DNA from: an uncultured Planctomycetota bacterium
GTDB lineage: Bacteria > Planctomycetota > Planctomycetia > Isosphaerales > Isosphaeraceae
NCBI GenBank assembly: GCA_963737655.1
Contig: CAVTTN010000002.1
Location: 3,232,001-3,296,000 of the forward strand
DNA: 64,000 nucleotides
Direction: 5' to 3'
The stretch's first letter is position 1. Every line of letters starts with the position of its first letter. Shown here in pieces: positions 60,964 to 64,000 of the stretch. The position numbers were made by a program, and so were the translations under genes. The notes beneath the pieces are model-generated. The model was not told the origin of the DNA. It made no database searches and saw nothing but the letters and a program-made list of their open reading frames with translations.

Positions 60964-62256
60964 TCAGCTCGTCCGTTGGGCCGAGTTCTGACGGCGGCGG
61001 AGGCCGTTGTTCATCGGGACGCTATTGCCTCGCCGGGGCGGGGCCATCCGTCGGCCTCGACCGAACCCGGGGCGACCTCCGGGCTTGCGACCCGGTGCGA
61101 CGGGACGGGGGAACGTCGGTACGTTCTCGACCTCGTCGCGGTCGATCTGCCGGGAGATGGCCTTCTCGATCTGGTCGAGTAGCTTCCCCTGGTCGGCCAG
61201 GACGAACGTGATCGCCGCTCCGTCGTTGCCCATCCGGCCGGTCCGGCCGATCCGGTGGACGTAGTGCTCGGGGTCTTCGGGGATGTCGAAATTGACGACG
61301 TGGGAGATGCCGGGGACGTCAATCCCTCGGCCCACGACGTCGGTGGCCACCAGGATGTTCAATCTCCCGGCGCGGAACGCGTGAAGGACGCGGTTCCTCT
61401 GGCTCTGCGAGAGGTCGCCGTGCATGGCCTCGGCCTTGAAGCCGTCGGCCCGGAGGAGGTTGCCCACCTTGTCGGCGCCGTGCTTGGTCCGGCAGAAGAC
61501 GATGGCCCGCTCCGGGGTCTCTCGCTGGAGGAGCTCGTAGAGCAGCTCCAGCTTCCTCTCCGGGTTGACCATGATGTACGCCTGGCGGATCGCCGGGATC
61601 GTGGCGTCCTGGTCCTCCCGGATCAGGCGGACGTCGGCCGGGTCCTTCAGGTAGCGACGGGTCAGGTCGCGGACTTCTTTCGGCATGGTGGCCGAGAGCA
61701 GGAGCGTCTGACGGGGCTCGGGGCAGGCTTCCAGGATCGCCTCGACGGCCGGTCGGAACCCGATGTCGAGCATCTGGTCGGCCTCGTCCAGGACCACGGT
61801 CGAGACCCGGTCGAGCCGGATCGCGTCGCGGTCCATGAGGTCCATCAGCCGCCCCGGGGTGGCGATCACGATCTGGGTGCCGCCCTGCAGGAGCTTGATC
61901 TGGCGGAAGATGGACTCGCCGCCCACGACGGCCGCGGCGCGGATGCGCCGGCCTCGCGACAGCTTCTCGAATTCCCGGCCGATCTGGTGGGCCAGCTCGC
62001 GGGTCGGCACGAGGATCAGGGCCTGGGCGAACCGGCCTTTCTCGTCGATTTTTTCGATGATCGGCAGCAAGAACGCGGCGGTCTTGCCCGTCCCGGTCGG
62101 CGCGTTGCCCAGGCAATCACGCCCGGCCAGCGCAGGGGGGACGAGCTGGGCCTGGACGGGGCTCGGCTCGTTGAAGCCGGAGGCCGCCAGGGCCGCGAGG
62201 GTCACTTCGCTCAATCCGAGGCCGGCGAACCCGGCCTCCTCAATGGTCGTCTCCAA
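60964..62256 (-). CDS. DEAD-box RNA helicase
   Basis: Q motif, APTGTGKT, PTRELA, TPGR, DEAD, SAT, HRIGRTGR; AAGGAG plus TTG start at 62256 (GTG 62259 is an alternative). Confidence 0.96.
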   Translation of the reverse strand: METTIEEAGFAGLGLSEVTLAALAASGFNEPSPVQAQLVPPALAGRDCLGNAPTGTGKTAAFLLPIIEKIDEKGRFAQALILVPTRELAHQIGREFEKLSRGRRIRAAAVVGGESIFRQIKLLQGGTQIVIATPGRLMDLMDRDAIRLDRVSTVVLDEADQMLDIGFRPAVEAILEACPEPRQTLLLSATMPKEVRDLTRRYLKDPADVRLIREDQDATIPAIRQAYIMVNPERKLELLYELLQRETPERAIVFCRTKHGADKVGNLLRADGFKAEAMHGDLSQSQRNRVLHAFRAGRLNILVATDVVGRGIDVPGISHVVNFDIPEDPEHYVHRIGRTGRMGNDGAAITFVLADQGKLLDQIEKAISRQIDRDEVENVPTFPRPVAPGRKPGGRPGFGRGRRMAPPRRGNSVPMNNGLRRRQNSAQRTS

Positions 62257-62492
62257 CACAAAACTCCTTCACACCCCGACTTGTGGCGATGCGGAGGCGA
62301 CGCGAACGGTCGCCCCACGTCTTAAAACGCGGAGTCCAGGCTGGCCGGGTCGCGCCACAACAAACCGGGGACCTCGTCCGGCAAAACCGGACGAGGAGGG
62401 AGGAGGCTAGCGCGGGAGGCCAACGGGCGGAGGCTCGCGAGAGGGAATGCCCCAAGCCGGCGGGGTCGAACGGGGATTTCTTCAGCCGCAAC

Positions 62493-62521
62493 AGTGTATC
62501 ATCCCGGTCAAGGATTGCGAA
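62493..62521 (-). promoter_or_regulatory. Sigma70-like promoter upstream of the DEAD-box helicase
   Basis: Reverse strand TTCGCA-N17-TACACT. Confidence 0.45.
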
Positions 62522-62604
62522 CCCCCAATCGTGCGGGGATTCCCCGGGTTCGCGCGACTTGACGATCCTACGCATTGCGACGGCCCAAGGTTCGAAAACA
62601 CCCG

Positions 62605-63746
62605 ATGCAATTGGTGATCGACGGCCGGAGACTGGTCGCCAAACGAACCGGGGTCGGCCGCTATCTCGAAATCCTCCTGGACGTCTGGTCACGTACCGGC
62701 TGGCCGACCGATGCGACCCGGGTCGTCCTCGCCGATCCGGCCGGTCTTCGGAGGATACCTTCGGGGCTTCGCGCGGACGTCCTGATGGCGGGCGCTCCCG
62801 GACTGATCTGGGAAACGTTCGGTCTCGGCCGGGTTCTCCGCGAGGGCGACGTGCTCTTCGCGCCGGCCAACCTCATCCCGATCTCCTGGCGAGGTCCCAC
62901 GGTCCTCGTCCTCCACGACGTCCTGATCGAAGCTCGGCCCGGCGATTTTTCGAGGTGGACGCGCTCAATTACGCCCCTCGCTACCGATGGGCGGCGAAGA
63001 GGGCCTCGAGAATCCTCGTGCCGTCCTCCGCCACGGCCCGCGACGTCGTTTCTGCATACGGGATCGAGCCGGCAAAGATTCAGGTCGTCCCCCTCGCGCC
63101 TGCCCCCACATTTCTGGACCGATCGGGGCTGCCGGATGAGCTGGCCCGGCTCCGGGCCGAGGTGCCCTCGATCGCGGATCGACCGTTCTTTCTGTTCGTG
63201 GGGAAGACTTCAAGACGGAGGCACGTCCAGGAAATCCTGGAGGCTCGCCGCCGATTGTCGGGGTTTCAGGTTTCGCTGGTTTTCGTGGGGCCGGATGCCG
63301 CGATGCCGGCCGAGCCTGGCGTGGAAGTCCTGGGCCACGTGGCGGAGGGACGATTGCAGGCTCTCTACGCCTCCGCGGCCGCTCTTCTTTATCCGAGCGA
63401 ACAGGAAGGGTTCGGCCTGCCGGTCGTCGAGGCGATGGCGATGGGTTGCCCGGTGATCGCCCTCAGGCGAGACGCCCTGGTCGAGGTCGGCGGCGACGCC
63501 CCCATCTACCTGGAAGAGGCCAAGGCCGAATCGATCGCCCTGGCCATGGCCTCGATCCTCGCCGACGCGGCCCTCCGAGCGCGATGCCGGGAGCTCGGCC
63601 TGGCGCAAGCCTCGAAATTCCGGCCCGAAGCCTTCGCCGCCAGGGTCCGAGACGAGATTCGCACCTTGTTGGTTACATGCACGGCAGCACCAGGCGGCGG
63701 CCATGGACCGCTTACCGATTCCTCGGGGTCGATTCCGGCGCCGTGA
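62605..63746 (+). CDS. Glycosyltransferase family 4; 1-bp frameshift near 62950-62965
   Basis: IDGR...TGVGRY, HD, then FLFVG and PSEQEGFGLPVVEAMA.G.PV in the adjacent frame. Confidence 0.88.
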
Positions 63747-64000
63747 AGGAATGCGGGGAAGGTCGCGGCCCTTGGGACGCCGCAGGTTTGGCGGGTTTCA
63801 CCCGCCCTGCCGATCGGCGCCGTTCATGAGCCTTCCGGGAGGCGCCTCGGCCTTCGATCAGGTCGAAATACCTCTTCAAATGCTCCTCTTCCGACCAGAT
63901 TCCCCGGCGGGCCGCCCGGCCGTTGGCTCCGAGTTCATTCCGGAGGGTCGGGTCGGCGACGATCCGGTCGATGGCGTCGATCAGGCCGCCGAGGGAATCG
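63712..64000 (-). CDS. C-terminal end of a probable GT4 glycosyltransferase (partial)
   Basis: Manual translation: DSLGGLIDAIDRIVADPTLRNELGANGRAARRGIWSEEEHLKRYFDLIE..., TAA at 63712-63714. Confidence 0.65.
   Translation of the reverse strand, partial: DSLGGLIDAIDRIVADPTLRNELGANGRAARRGIWSEEEHLKRYFDLIEGRGASRKAHERRRSAGRVKPAKPAASQGPRPSPHSFTAPESTPRNR

Overview
GC-rich (~70%) bacterial chromosome segment, most likely a planctomycete of the Isosphaeraceae type (inferred from an N-terminal 'PEALETRDLL' export motif and overall gene style). It holds about 54 genes, mostly housekeeping, envelope or catabolic: apbE, xylA, an M3 peptidase, cinA, pepP, a GH13, infA, an ACP, a wza-like gene, a ychF-like gene, three GT-C-type membrane proteins, gpsA, a rhomboid, xylB, a MetE-like enzyme, hemL, hemB, an RlmN-like enzyme, HtrA, a CbiA-like protein, MscS/MscK, dacB, a MutS-V protein, a DEAD-box helicase and two GT4s. 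I saw no rRNA, tRNA, CRISPR array, prophage or transposase. Seven reading-frame breaks in six genes are all single-base deletions, which points to uncorrected long-read errors rather than pseudogenes. The main unexplained structure is non-coding: three GTAG-footed REP families and two palindrome families with 8-9-bp tandem units. At two loci these are nested concentrically, and the inner modules also occur on their own elsewhere in the window. Notable proteins are a serine beta-lactamase-like hydrolase fused to a sulfatase, a CbiA/CobB homologue lacking both catalytic motifs, an MscK-like channel split by one in-frame TGA, divergent YchF and RlmN paralogues, and a possible ACP/prolyl-carrier dehydrogenase/AlkP surface-modification set. 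All assignments come from reading motifs by eye; no searches were run.
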